DNA of 49,577 bases, filler included, from Sphacelaria rigidula (taxonomy: Eukaryota): NCBI GenBank assembly GCA_964200075.2. It is 2 parts of 2 records of this genome, joined end to end, with 100 filler letters (N's around TTAATTAATTAA, not from the genome) between each part and the next. Parts side by side here need not be neighbours in the genome. Positions count along the whole stretch, not along the records: positions 1 to 24,760 come from CAXNAA020000191.1; 1 more part is not named here. One strand, given 5' to 3'. A program made the position numbers and the translations under genes. Shown here one piece after another: positions 13,001 to 23,916 of the stretch. The notes beneath the pieces are model-generated. The model did no database searches and was not told the origin of the DNA. It saw only the letters and a program-made list of their open reading frames with translations. Position 1 is the first letter of the stretch, and each line of letters starts with the position of its first letter.

Positions 13001-16000
13001 GAGAAAAAAAAGTCGGATTTGATGAAAGTTAATGGGCCAAAAAGTGGGAAATTTGGCGTTTTTCCTGCAATTTTTTCCTATGTCGATGAGCGATAACGAT
13101 TATGGTGTGGAGCACACCCGGGTATCGGCGCGGCAGGAGGCAGGAAAGGTAGAAAGGGTGGTGGAATATGAGTAGGGCGGCTTTACGGCCTGGGGCTATC
13201 TAGAATCAAGCCCCAGTGACGGCGAGGACGATTGACGAAAGTGTTTTCTCGATTTTTTCGACACTATTTCGTCCCTGGAGAAGGGGCGAAATACGGCCTT
13301 TTTGGAGTCGACTGCTTTTTCTCGGCCGTTCATGCATTCAGAATGGCGCATTTATACATATATATATATATATACACGGGCTCCAACTAAAAGAACACAG
13401 AACATTGAAAAATAAATATCGCCTACGGCGTCGGACACTGTCAAGGGTCTGTGTAGTCAGGAGAACCTTTACTCATGGAACAGAAGAAGTATCTCCTGGT
13501 CACCCGAACTTCGGGGTCGAACGTTCACTGTGATAAGCGGTGGCACGCGAAAAAAACCCCGAAAATCGTGAACTACAAAAAATTGCAATAATCGCCTCGT
13601 TCGACCGCTAACTAGTACACTCTAAGATCAAGTGAAGACGAAATGCCGGCTTCTCAGAGCTCCAGAGATGAAAATGATGCGACAGAAGCGTACTCTAAAA
13701 CCCAGTAAAGGTGAAATGCTGGCTTCTCAGACGTTTAGAGGAGAATTACATATGCCTGCAAGGAAAACCTTCGGCCGAGAAGGTAACAGGTGTTACTGAT
13801 GAATCCAATTATTGATCCGCTCGTCGTCCGACAGTTGCGAATTCTCAACAGACAGTTGATGGAACTCCAGAGTCAAGATGCGAACAGAAGAGACATTCTT
13901 CTGCGGCGCAAAAAGTCCACGTTTCAACGAAATTGCCCAATCTCACATTTTGCGTCCTCGAACGACGCACGTTACAGCATAGTCGTATGCATCGCTCTGC
14001 AATACAACCTGCTCTACTGACACGTCCCACCCCGCTATAGTGCAGAGATATTCCCGTCTGCTTGCTTGGGCGGATTTCGTTTGCTTTGATGAAATACTTG
14101 AGAGAAACCCTGGGGCGGTATGTATACATGTAGAACCTTTGAACGAGAAGCGGGCGTGACGTACTTTACCTTTATTTATGCTTGACGTCGGCCACCGAGA
14201 GAGTAAATAGAACATGTGTCTGGTATATGATGGGTGAATATATTGGTATACGTCAGGGCATTGTCACCACCGTATGTGTTTATACATATTGCACACATCG
14301 TACGCGGTACATACTGCCTGACAAATATATCTTGGTGCGGCAGGCCTGAAATTATGGAGCCTGATAAATACATATGGGATCGTGCGAGCAACGACGTATT
14401 GCCTGACCGAAACTTGTCGGACCGCGCGGGTATAAACGTATTGCCTGGACAGTATATAGTAGATTGCGTGGGCAACAAGATGTTGACCGACCGCTGTATA
14501 TCGGGCCACGTTGGCAAACCCATATTTCCCGACCAATAGATTGGAGAATGTGGGCGCGAATACTGCCGAATGGTGGTGGCAGCGTGGTGGTTTGTCGCCT
14601 ATCAGGGAAACGTCTGTCTCAAAAATAGGACCCGTTTTCCCGTTTCGTGGGAGGGAGTGAGGGAACGGGGGATGAGGGATATTTTCCTCCAGAGTAGTCG
14701 TCAGTCGAAGTACACATTCGTGCGCATCATGTTTGTCTTGGAGGGGGAAGGAGTCTCCGATGTTCCGATCAGTTGGGCTGTCGTGCTCAGGGCGTGCCCC
14801 AAAAAAGAGCTCAGCGAGAAAGAGCAGTGGAATTGGGGAATGCCGATCTTATAGATCCACGTCATTCATGTTCCGTACATTCTTCACCTGCGCCCGGGAA
14901 AGTCGAACACTATTTTGTTGGGCTCGTAGTGAGAATAAGGGTCGAAAACCAGTGGTACAGCGATCACTCGAAAGTATAATTCTCGCGATTTATCGCTTGC
15001 TATTAAAAGCAGCAGCATTACATGAATACATGGTGCTCATGACATCGTCGTGGACCTCATGCATGCAACATATGTCGCGGAGAAGCTCGTGGCGGAACAA
15101 TGTGCTGCGATACATACTGTCCACACTGGCCCTGGATATATCGGAAGATCCGTGCATATATCAAGTCCGAGTGACGCAGGACATTTTGTTGCACCACCCT
15201 GAATAATGACGAAATATTACATTGTCAAAACGTGTACTACGTACAGTATGGAATCTATTGTCTATTGCAACAGACGCAATAGTCGATACTGTATGCAGTA
15301 CACGTTTTGACAAAGATATCTGTTGTCCAGGATGTGTATTGTTGTGCTATGTTTATCGAACACAAGCATACCAAACGTTGTGTTTTCCAAGTATACATTG
15401 GGCACGCCCATCGCTGGGGTATTCAACGGCCACACGTTATCGAACACGCTCGGAAACAAACATATTTGAGGTGATGAGCGGCCGTGTTGCGCTTCCTCCG
15501 GTGCGTCACGTCGTGGAGTAAGATCGTTTTCACGAGAGACGTTGATATGGTTGAGCACATGATTGGCACTCTCGGGACGTCCTTGTGTTTCGTTTTTTTT
15601 TCGGAAAACTCCATTCTTTCAGATTGCATCCGGAAACTACCGGTAGAATAGCTTCAAGCTACTGTTCGTCGAAACTCCGTCTGGAAACATTTGATACTCC
15701 CGTATCCCATGGTAGCATCATCACCGTGATTTATTTCGATTGATACCAGTAGTTTCCCACACTAGCCTGATATCTCAAATCCGTGCCCACAGACGTAGAT
15801 TCACGTTTCCAGTGCCGTCATTACTAAGACTTATGCGATGGAAGCGCTAATTGAGCGGCTTCTCCTGAGCCTCCAAAACGAAACAACATGAAACAACGAG
15901 AGTGATGTCAAGAAAACAGAAGGAAAGGGAAGAAAAGTCCCCCCGAGCTGGTCGAAGGTGTTTCGGAACAAACATATTAGATCTGCCAATAAAGTAAAGG

Positions 16001-17440
16001 ATGTCGAGAGACGTAATTTTAAGTAAAAGAAGAAACATAGCCCACGAGGATACAAGGATACGACGGGAGGGTCAACATAAAATCCCCAGGTACCCACGGA
16101 GTCAAGCAAAAAAATTCCAAAAGACGGCACTAGCGAAGATGTACGCTATTTCCAGCAGATTAGTACGAGGTGACCGCCAGTCAGCGAGAACTGATTTAAT
16201 GTAAGAAAACAGCAAGGCGGCTAAGATTTCAAGTTGGCTGGAGGCCACGCCGCACCGAACAATCCGAGGAGTGTCGAACACATCAGTTACAATGTAGTAC
16301 TTCTCAGCTGAAATAGTTTTCCCGTGATACTTCGTAGACGGCGATTTTCACCACTTCTTTCGCGTACCACCACTCATTCGAGTGAACACTTGATCCCGAA
16401 GTTTGGGGATTCCAATTCCCAGCATGAAAGATGGTGTTGTCTTGGGCATTTTCTCATGTCATATTCGTTTCTTGTGACAGAAAATCTGTGACAGAAAACT
16501 TTGTTTTTTTACAGTATCATAGATAGTACAGAGTAACACACTGAACACAGTACAGGAGTCCGACAGTATTCTTAGAAAATTTCAGAACCGACGGTAGACT
16601 GAATGAATAGTAGTCTACTGCGTACACAATACAGAAGTCCAACAGTGTTTTTAGAACTTCATGAGACAGACAGTTGGGATTCCGTCACTAGCAGTAGCCA
16701 TGCTGGGTTCAATGCCATCACCAGCAGGAGCCACGCGTGGGAGACACACTTCACGTCAACAGTTCCCACAGAGAGATGCGCACAGCTACATCTCCCAGAA
16801 CTTCGCCGAGTAAGCCAGCATGGACCCACTGGCGGGCAGTACGTACCAGCTCTGTCCAGCACGGTGGCTATCACTCGCAAGGTGCGTGGGTGCTGTCGCA
16901 CGATCGAAACGCGGACCGTCTACGATGAAGAGCAGCAGCAGCAGCAGCATCGGCACTGGCTGATTCAGACCCACCCCCGACCGTACACATGTACTGCACA
17001 TGAATATGCTGCTGCTGCTGCTGCTGCTGCTTCTCGTGCGGGAGGCGGTCCGCGTTTCGACGCGCGACAATACCCATGCACCTGGAGCTTTATTGCCTCC
17101 TCCCTACTTGAAATAGACTATGATCTGTTTGCGTGTTGTTACCCTCATACTGTATCAGTAGTCTGTGGCATTTTCAGTGCGAGTACGTATCACTTGTTTC
17201 CCCCTGTATTGGACGCTGGCTATGTTCCCATCACCATCAGTAGCCATGCGTGCGAGACACGCCCGACGTGCACAGCTTGCACAGAGAGATGCGCACAGCT
17301 ATATCTCCCAGCACTTAGCCAAGTGAGGAAGCCTGGACCCATCGGCGGGTAGTACGGACCAGCGCTGTCTGGCACGGAGGCTATTACTCGCAAGGTGCGT
17401 GGGTGTTGTCGCACGGTCGAAACACGGACCGTCTACGATG

Positions 17441-17471
<31 letters not shown>

Positions 17472-20400
17472 TCGGCACCGCCTGATTCAGACCCACCCCC
17501 AGCCGCGTACATTTACTGGCAATTAATATGCTGCTGATACTGCTGCCGCCGCTGCTACTGCTGCTGCTTCTCGTGCGGGAGGCGGTCCGCGTTCCGACGC
17601 GCGACAATATCCATGCACCCGGCGCGTTATTGCCTCCTCTCTACTTGAAATCGACTATGATCTGTTTGCGTGTTGTTACACACATAGCATTTTCAGTACG
17701 AGTACAGTCCGTATCAAATGTTTTCCCCTATATTTGGCACTGGCTTTATTCCCATCACCAGCATTAGCTACGCGTGCGAGACACACCCGACGTGCACATC
17801 TCCCACAGAGAGATGCGCACAGCTATATCTCGCAGAACTTTGCCTAGTAAACGAGCATGGACTCATCGGCGGGTAGTACGGACCAGCGCTTTCCAGCACA
17901 GGGACTATCACGTGCAAGGTGCGTGGGCGTTGTGGCACGATCGCAACGCGGACCGTCTCTTCCATGAGGAAAAACGGCAGCGGCAGCAGTATCGGCACCG
18001 CCTGATTCAGACCCACCCCCAGCCGCGTACATCTACTGGCAGCAAAGATGCTGCTGATGCTGCTACTATTGCGTGTTCTCCTTCTCGTGCGGAAGTCGGG
18101 CCGCGTTTCGACCTGCGACAGTACCTATACCCCCTTGCGCGTGATTGCCGCCCTCCTCGAAGTCGCGGGTCTGTTCTCGTGCTGTTTTACCGTCTCGGTA
18201 TCACTTGTTTTCCACCCTAGCTTGCTAGATTAGAACGGCGCGTGATATCTCGTGATAATGAAGTTGTGAATCGTCACTTCACTATCACAATCACAGAATT
18301 TTAATCATTTCCCTCGTTTCGTTGAAACACCGCCTGACCCGAACTCGTGTGATGCACATAGACTGCATGTTATTCACGCGTGCGAGACGCGGCAGCTTCA
18401 GTGGATTCATTCTTCCTGAATTTCAAGCGCTGCTTTCCGTGCTTCTACTTGTATGCCGAATACGCTCCTTTTCCATCATAACGAAGGAAAATGAAAATTG
18501 GAAGCGCGATGCAAAGCAGAGCAATCTGTGTGGAGATACTAGTCATACGCTCCACAATCCGAAACAAAAATCATGTTCGCACTCAAAATTGAAAGGCTGA
18601 ATGGTTGATTTGACAGGGGGCGTTATTGGCCATTTCTGGTTCAAACCACATCTCTTTTTCTGCCCTAGCGCAGTGAATGAGTGGAAATATAGAAATCAGG
18701 ATCTATAAAAGTATTGATGTGACGGGGGGAAACTGTCAGTAAAAAAGCTGACGGTCGCGCCTTTGGAGTCGGAGGATCGGAACCCGCGTCTTGTTGAGCG
18801 ATACCTCCGAGACGAACCGGTGAGAACCTATGGTCCCTTTGTTGCCGAGGCCCTGGGTAATGGACCAGACGCACAAAGAAGCAGTGCATCTGGGGGGGAA
18901 AGTGACTCTCTCTCTTCTGCAACGGTACTGTTGGTGGATAGGGATGAAAGAGAGTGTGAAATTCTGGATTCGACGCTGTTATTCATGTCAGGCCAAGAAA
19001 TCTGATCGGTACACGGTGCGGTGGCCCTTAGTCTTGCTGCCACTACCGAGTCGGCCAGGGCAAATGGTAGCGTTTGGTTTCCTTGGCCCTTTGCCGAAAA
19101 CCACAAATGGACATGAGTCGAATTTTCTCCGAGCTCCAGCCAATACATCACTCATTCGCGTCGTCCTCCTGCTCCTTTTTGCGTGCAGCTTCGCGGCGCT
19201 CCGCCCAGCTCTTGTAGCCGCGCTCCGGATAGCCCCCCCCCCCCCCCTCCATGATTGCCATATTCCAAATATCAAACTCGCAAGTCCGCTACGTCTTGTT
19301 CCACCTCGATTCATCCAGCCCTATCACCCACATGCGCAGAATATATGACGGTTCCGCCGCATGGGAATGCGCCCACACCAGTTTCAACACCTAACAAAAT
19401 CCCTGCCTATTCACCAACCATGCGCGAAATATTTGGCGTTTTTCCGCTGTATGTGAATGTGCCAGCACCAGTCCCCCGGTTGACCACGGCGCTCATCGAG
19501 GGCGGTCCACTTCAGATGTACAGCGTACTTCCGCCCCAAATCCACCATGCGGAGAGTGTGCGAACGCTTCCGCTGTCCTGGGTTCTCCTCCAGCCCCACC
19601 ACCTCGGACAACTGCCAACCTGCGAAAGCCGTTTTAAAATACACGTGACCGCCCACAATGTCAGGGTTGTACACATCGGACCCATTCTTCCTCCGTCCCG
19701 ACACCTTATAACCAACCCGGCGCCACGTAATATCCGCCCCGTTCGTGCGCTGATATGCGCCGCGACAAGTGAATGCGGTATTTCCGGTATTGCGCATTGT
19801 CGCCTTTAACCTGTGTGGGTTCGCCCAACCAATACTTCAAAATTGCCTGCCGGCCGTACTCTTTGAGGTCGGTCTCATGCTCCCACCCAGGAACATCCAA
19901 ACCGCCCCAATGCGTGAGGTACTGTACCGCCAGCTTGCCACCCAACCCCCGAGACAACCTGTGTTTCACCAATTTATCCGGCAATATCCTTTGAGTATCA
20001 AACTCCATCGTGACGTCTTCCGCCGTGAGATGCAGAGGAGGCGACCGTTCGGAATATTTGTTCATCACATTGGCTAAGCCCCCAGGGCAGAAATCTCGGT
20101 TTGTCCGCCCCCTCATGGGGGGTGTAATACCTCTTACACCTCGCCACTGACACGCTGGGATTCATGTTGATCCCTGGCTCGTTTCGACGAATCTCCAGCA
20201 ACAGTAAATTCCTACCTACCTGTTCACCCTCCGAGGTTACCCCCGGTCCTACCAATAAAATTTTGTATGGCCCCGTCCAACATTGAGCCAGCTTTGCTGA
20301 CAGCGCCAAAGACATCCGGGCTGTACTTGACGTCACCTGCGCCGCCTTACCCCCCGCGGCGATGGTGCTTTTGTCATCATACACGAACCCCACTGACCCG

Positions 20401-23400
20401 CTTGCCATTTTGGCCGGCGGTTTGCCATTTCCTCAATACCCTGGCTCTTGGCTTCATGTTTTGCGTTGATGAAAAAATGTTCGTGCCTTACCAATTCGTA
20501 CGCCTTGACCTACAGTTCTCTCATCAGCTGGAGATAATCCAATTGATCGGCCTTCAAACCCTGGTACCCCCGCACCCCCCTACCTTCCAGAATGGTCATG
20601 GGCATGCGCGGGTAGCGTCCAATTTGTACCTCATTTGGAGACAACCCGGTACTCCTACTGATGTTATTGTTGTGTGCTGAGATCGTATGCATTAGAGACT
20701 CATCCCAGTTGCTCTGATCATCCACCACCAAATACGACAGCCTACAAAGTGTGATTCAACCGCTCCACCATCCCATTCGTCTGGGGATGATACGAGCTTG
20801 TGAACCGCTTAACCGCACCCATCATTTCATACACCGACCTACACACCGCGTAAGTCAACTCCGCCCCCCGATCCGACAAAAAAGTGTGCGGGCAACCCCA
20901 TCGTGGCACATAATCCCCCACTATGATTGCAGCACACCCGGTAGCCGAATGCTCTTCAGAGGTGATCGCGTAACCTTCCGCGTGCCTGCTAAAGAGGTCC
21001 ACCATGAGGAAAATGTGTCTGTTGCCCCTCTTTGTTCTCGGCAAAGGGCCAAGGAAATCGAACGCTACCATTTGCGAAGCTATTCCGAACATTTTGTCGA
21101 GTAAGGCCCATTATTATGGAGGAACTTTCGAATCCGTGTTCTAACGCCACGCCGTCAGAAATCTAACACGTCGAGTTGTTTGACAGACGCCTGACATGTG
21201 CTTTCGGATCGCCGTAGATTTTATTGCACACGGATTATGGTCCAGCGGCCACTCTCGAAACCTTGCAGCCAAGCAAATGTGAAAAGTGGGTCAGGCTCCT
21301 CTCTGTGGCGTGATGCAAAGTGTCCAAGACGTGTCTCGGCGATTTTCCCTGTTTGGGGGTCAAGAAGCGGGTCAAACGTCTCGAAAGCGAACAATCCATG
21401 GGCCAAAAATCTGTGTGCCAGAGTATCTGGCCTAACTCGGAAAACCTTCGTGAGAAATCGCTGGGGAGTATATTTTGGTCGTCCACCCTGAACCGGCCTA
21501 TTGGATCCTGTTTTGCTCCTCTTATGAATATGGAATATTTATGTAACTGTAAAACAAGTGCTGCCGACACGAATAGGCATGCGTCGCATATGTAACTGCA
21601 GCCGCCGTTTGTTGCTCAACCCGCCGCCAAGTGTCAAGAAGTGGTTGCTCCGCCGATGAGGACGCGTCATCCGTGAGTGCCGAGCTAAGATAGATTTCGC
21701 ACAAATAAACTTCACTGACCACTGTGCTGTAAGTACCCTGGAATGACAGAACAAACGGTTTACTTTTTTTTTTTTGTGAAAATCGCCCTAATTGTTCATT
21801 ACGAAGGTGTGTCACCCCTACGCTTTGGCACTAGGCGGTACACATGCACGAGGTTGTGTGGTGCCCCCCAAGTTCCCACGGGAACTCGGACTTTGTTTTT
21901 TCGTCGTGTAGCGTATTCGGCGACGGTACCATCGCAAGAGCACCTGCCGCAGTCGCATGTTTCGACCCGAAGTGCTTGGCGTTGGTGCTTCGCTAAATTA
22001 TGGAAGACGCATGCAGTATGACGTTTGTGGTAAACTCGCTGATGCGGTTTGTCTCAATCTCAAATTTTCATTTTGTCATCAGGACGTGTTGCTTCGATGC
22101 GTGTAAAATGAGCTCGCCGTTTGTTGCCACGGCGGTTGTTCGTTTGTGTTATTACAGGGAAACACTCTGGCTTCTGCCGGAGTCGACAGCTCAAACTATG
22201 GTAAACTTACCTTCACGCCTTGCGGCGCCGATCGCGGCGTACTTGCCTTGTGAGTGTATGGTGCTGATACGATGGTCATTCGCAAAGAAATCATCGGGAA
22301 CGGTTTGCTCAAACCTCACACGAAAGACACGCTGTTACGAGATGCCATGTGTGCTACATCTGCACGGCCATTTCCCCGCGTTGCTGTACTGTACTCGGTG
22401 CTTGTAAATCTCCACGCCGCTGTCTTGTCACACAACGGTCGCCGGAATGTTCTTATCCTCATTAGGTGTGGCGGTAACTGTTCGGGTCTACCACGGCAAG
22501 TACTTCATCTAAGCGCCTCGCGCCTGCTTGCTTCCGATTGCCATTCCGTCTGTCCAGGCGGCGGTGGATCACCACATTCGGTTCCGGCGGTCCCGCCTGG
22601 GATGCCAGCTGTGACAAGACCCTGCCGCCCCGTGTAACCAACCGCAATGAATTGTTCAACGTGTACGAGGTATGCGTCCTTGAAAGACTAGAACTATCGC
22701 AGTGGCTTGGCGTTTACCGGGTTACGTGTGAAATTTCGTGTATGGTGTGGACGGCGTTGCTGGCTATAAATTGTGGTCATAATATGCTCGCACTTGACCA
22801 TCTGCACCACAGGTTCTGATCGATTTCGCGGTGTAGGTCAGATGAAGGAAGGGTGCCTGTGTCAAAGTAAGCGTTCGAAGGCGGTTCTTTTACAAACCGA
22901 CGTGTCTTCGCGCCTTTTGTTGCGTGTGCTCTATGCAGCGTCACACCAAGAACTGCAAGAGCTGCCAAGGGGCTTTGAAGAACGTCAACAAGAGCTTGAC
23001 TACAGCAAGAGTTGCTTCCATTGCCTCCATCGCGTGGGTAAGTAGCTTTCCCGCCGAATGCGAAAACCGTGGGCTGCCGTGACGGTATTCAGGTATGTCT
23101 GATGGTTTGTCATGGGATACATCGCGGAGTGTGCCAGCTGCACGTCAACAAAAAATGTGGCGCTCAGCCATGACAGCATCCCCCTCGCTCAAAGTCTTAC
23201 TTTGCAGGGATCGCGACGATAGCTCGATATCAACAGGCTACGTTCTCAAGCGCAATGCTGGCGTGTCTGGACTTTTCCGGCCGTTCCACCTCCCCCGTTG
23301 CCCTTTGCCGACGGTGTTCTTTTCTCGAATCCTTCTATTGTGCTCTGGGCATGTACGGCATAATGAAAACCCAGGCGGTGCTCAGGGGAGCACGATCTGC

Positions 23401-23916
23401 AGGTTCATCTGCATCTCCCTCTGTTTTGAACTTCGCGACCACGAGGGCTATGCTTCCCGGATTGGCCGTGGCGGCCGTGAGCCTTGGTGTCGTCAAGGTA
23501 CGCCACTGACTGAGTGATAGTGTATTCTGCATTTAGATCAGTCGGCGATGCTTACGTATCTTGCTGAAGGCTAGCCCCATACTGACCTGTAGGAAAATTC
23601 GACCAACAATTGTCGCTCAAACTTCATGTACCTCGTGTTAGTTTCAGTTTGCTACGCGCTTGTATGCTGTAGACGGCCGCCGAAATGTGCTGACGAGGCG
23701 ACGTGATAGCGAAGCATTACGCCCTTGTGGAAGTGTTCTTGTAGGCGTCATATCCCCACCCCACGTCTTGTTTCATTGCGTGCTAAGGTGGTCCACCTTG
23801 TTCCCCCACTACGCCGCGATAATCGCTTCGCTGTTTCAATTTCACCTTCACAGGCGCTGGAAAAGTTGCGCGGGATGTTCTACACTCATTCTTTCAGCCA
23901 CCAAGATAACCCGTGA
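2256..23916 (+). CDS. Rieske [2Fe-2S]/mononuclear-iron oxygenase, pheophorbide a oxygenase (PAO)/TIC55/PTC52-like; 15 exons, 5'-incomplete
   Basis: Hand-spliced join(2256-2312,4290-4414,4891-5011,5557-5751,6331-6361,6829-6893,7290-7361,7989-8087,8856-8905,9361-9457,22158-22249,22558-22669,22939-23037,23375-23497,23854-23916) = 1401 nt, all phases compatible, no internal stop. Motifs: WYPM start of Rieske domain; CPH-x17-CAYH; ENHMDPSHVPVSHH Fe site; DQDMVFLHDQ; HTKNCKSC (CxxC); hydrophobic C-terminal segments; ends FSHQDNP*. Confidence 0.93.
3510..3585 (-). mobile_element. tRNA-derived SINE-like head (Pol III A/B boxes) in a PAO-like intron
   Basis: On -: tgtagctgagaggtga (A-box-like, 3578-3563) then gggttcgaaccc (B-box, 3535-3524); no convincing cloverleaf. 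Confidence 0.45.
3995..4025. repeat. (GTT)n microsatellite
   Basis: Directly visible. Confidence 0.95.
4290..4414 (+). CDS. PAO-like exon, Rieske first half (LLGKNLVLWRD...DRCPHRAAPLSEGRV)
   Basis: cccag| ... |gtgagt; CxH ligands. Confidence 0.95.
4891..5011 (+). CDS. PAO-like exon, Rieske second half (CAYHAWRFDADGKCLKIPQ)
   Basis: cacag| ... aag|gtactc; CxxH ligands; phase 2 matches the previous exon. Confidence 0.95.
5557..5751 (+). CDS. PAO-like exon (MIWVWG...DMPYGWDTVMENHM)
   Basis: gacag| ... |gtgcgc; conserved IWVW and PYGW..MEN. Confidence 0.92.
6331..6361 (+). CDS. PAO-like 31-nt exon (DPSHVPVSHHG), mononuclear Fe ligands
   Basis: ctcag| ... g|gtgaga; completes the D-x2-H-x4-H motif. 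Confidence 0.92.
6829..6893 (+). CDS. PAO-like exon (TVGNRYTDPKPVDYPMPTPTK), GC donor
   Basis: tccag| ... aag|gcaagc; phases fit both neighbours. Confidence 0.8.
7290..7361 (+). CDS. PAO-like exon (NGFALDIG...FKPPAL)
   Basis: ttttcacag| ... ctg|gtgagc; FxPP motif of the PaO domain. Confidence 0.85.
7989..8087 (+). CDS. PAO-like exon (LILYATPTRPGWTRLIARQ)
   Basis: acaag| ... cag|gtaagt; YxxPxxPGxxR motif. Confidence 0.9.
8856..8905 (+). CDS. PAO-like exon (MLVKSDNGGDAKGFGS)
   Basis: cgcag| ... ag|gtgggt; supplies the phase 0 to 2 change needed for the next exon. Confidence 0.8.
9361..9457 (+). CDS. PAO-like exon (PPAWLVHLLTVAFTDQDMVFLHDQ)
   Basis: gctag| ... cag|gtgagg; PxWxxH...DxDxxFLHxQ motif. 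Confidence 0.92.
10094..10345. repeat. Dispersed repeat family A, copy 2
   Basis: Direct match to 1-265. Confidence 0.92.
10550..10885. repeat. Repeat family A, inverted copy with ~170-bp extension
   Basis: Reverse complement of the 130-bp core; direct match to 11390-11695; extra ggggtgtactcatgatc at ~10869. Confidence 0.88.
11390..11695. repeat. Repeat family A, inverted copy (further fragment at ~11910-11960)
   Basis: ggggggtgtactcatgatcttgcatgcc...cgcgaagcgccg. Confidence 0.9.
14312..14565 (+). repeat. Degenerate 42-bp tandem array (~6 units)
   Basis: cctgac-like anchors at 14317, 14360, 14402, 14444, 14486, 14528. Confidence 0.75.
16714..18220. repeat. Three diverged tandem copies of a ~515-525-bp unit
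   Basis: Unit starts (ccatcacca...cgtg.gagacac) at ~16714, ~17228 and ~17751; shared cacagagagatgcgcacagcta and ctgattcagacccaccccc. Confidence 0.93.
18760..19117 (+). mobile_element. Ty3/Gypsy integrase N-terminal fragment (HHCC zinc-binding domain + start of core)
   Basis: THKEAVHLGGKVTLSLLQRYCWWIGMKESVKFWIRRCYSCQAKK...LPLPSRPGQMVAFGFLGPLPKTTNGH. Confidence 0.9.
19118..21074 (-). mobile_element. Degenerate Ty3/Gypsy integrase core + C-terminal region + chromodomain-like domain; probable polypurine tract at ~19232-19250
   Basis: MVAFDFLGPLP..IFLMVDLFSR..FLSDRGAE..SSYHPQTNGMVERLNHTL (DDE core); WTGPYKI (GPY/F motif); VQYLTHWGGLDVPGWEHETDL (chromo-like). Broken by stops and frameshifts. A G-rich tract follows the ORF end on the - strand. 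Confidence 0.92.
22158..22249 (+). CDS. PAO-like exon (NYGKLTFTPCGADRGVLAL)
   Basis: tacag| ... tt|gtgagt; PxxADxxV motif. Confidence 0.88.
22558..22669 (+). CDS. PAO-like exon (RRWITTFGSGGPAW...ELFNVYE)
   Basis: tccag| ... gag|gtatgc; RxW..G..W motif. Confidence 0.9.
22939..23037 (+). CDS. PAO-like exon (RHTKNCKSCQGALKNV)
   Basis: tgcag| ... tgg|gtaagt; HTxxCxxC motif. Confidence 0.93.
23375..23497 (+). CDS. PAO-like exon, hydrophobic C-terminal segment
   Basis: cccag| ... aag|gtacgc; LPGLAVAAVSLGVV. Confidence 0.8.
23854..23916 (+). CDS. PAO-like terminal exon (ALEKLRGMFYTHSFSHQDNP*)
   Basis: ttcacag| ... TGA; resembles the family C-terminal F..F.H..N end. Confidence 0.88.
   Translation, partial: ALEKLRGMFYTHSFSHQDNP

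Noticed and set aside
14312..14565. CRISPR-like regularly spaced array
   Set aside because: Units are diverged along their whole length, with no constant repeat/unique spacer structure, no cas genes and a eukaryotic context.
16603..17352. 249-aa ORF with polyQ/polyA
   Set aside because: By-product of the tandem repeat and trinucleotide tracts; the frame is not preserved between units.
19118..19231. LTR after the putative polypurine tract
   Set aside because: No TG start and no second copy in the window, so no LTR pair could be called.
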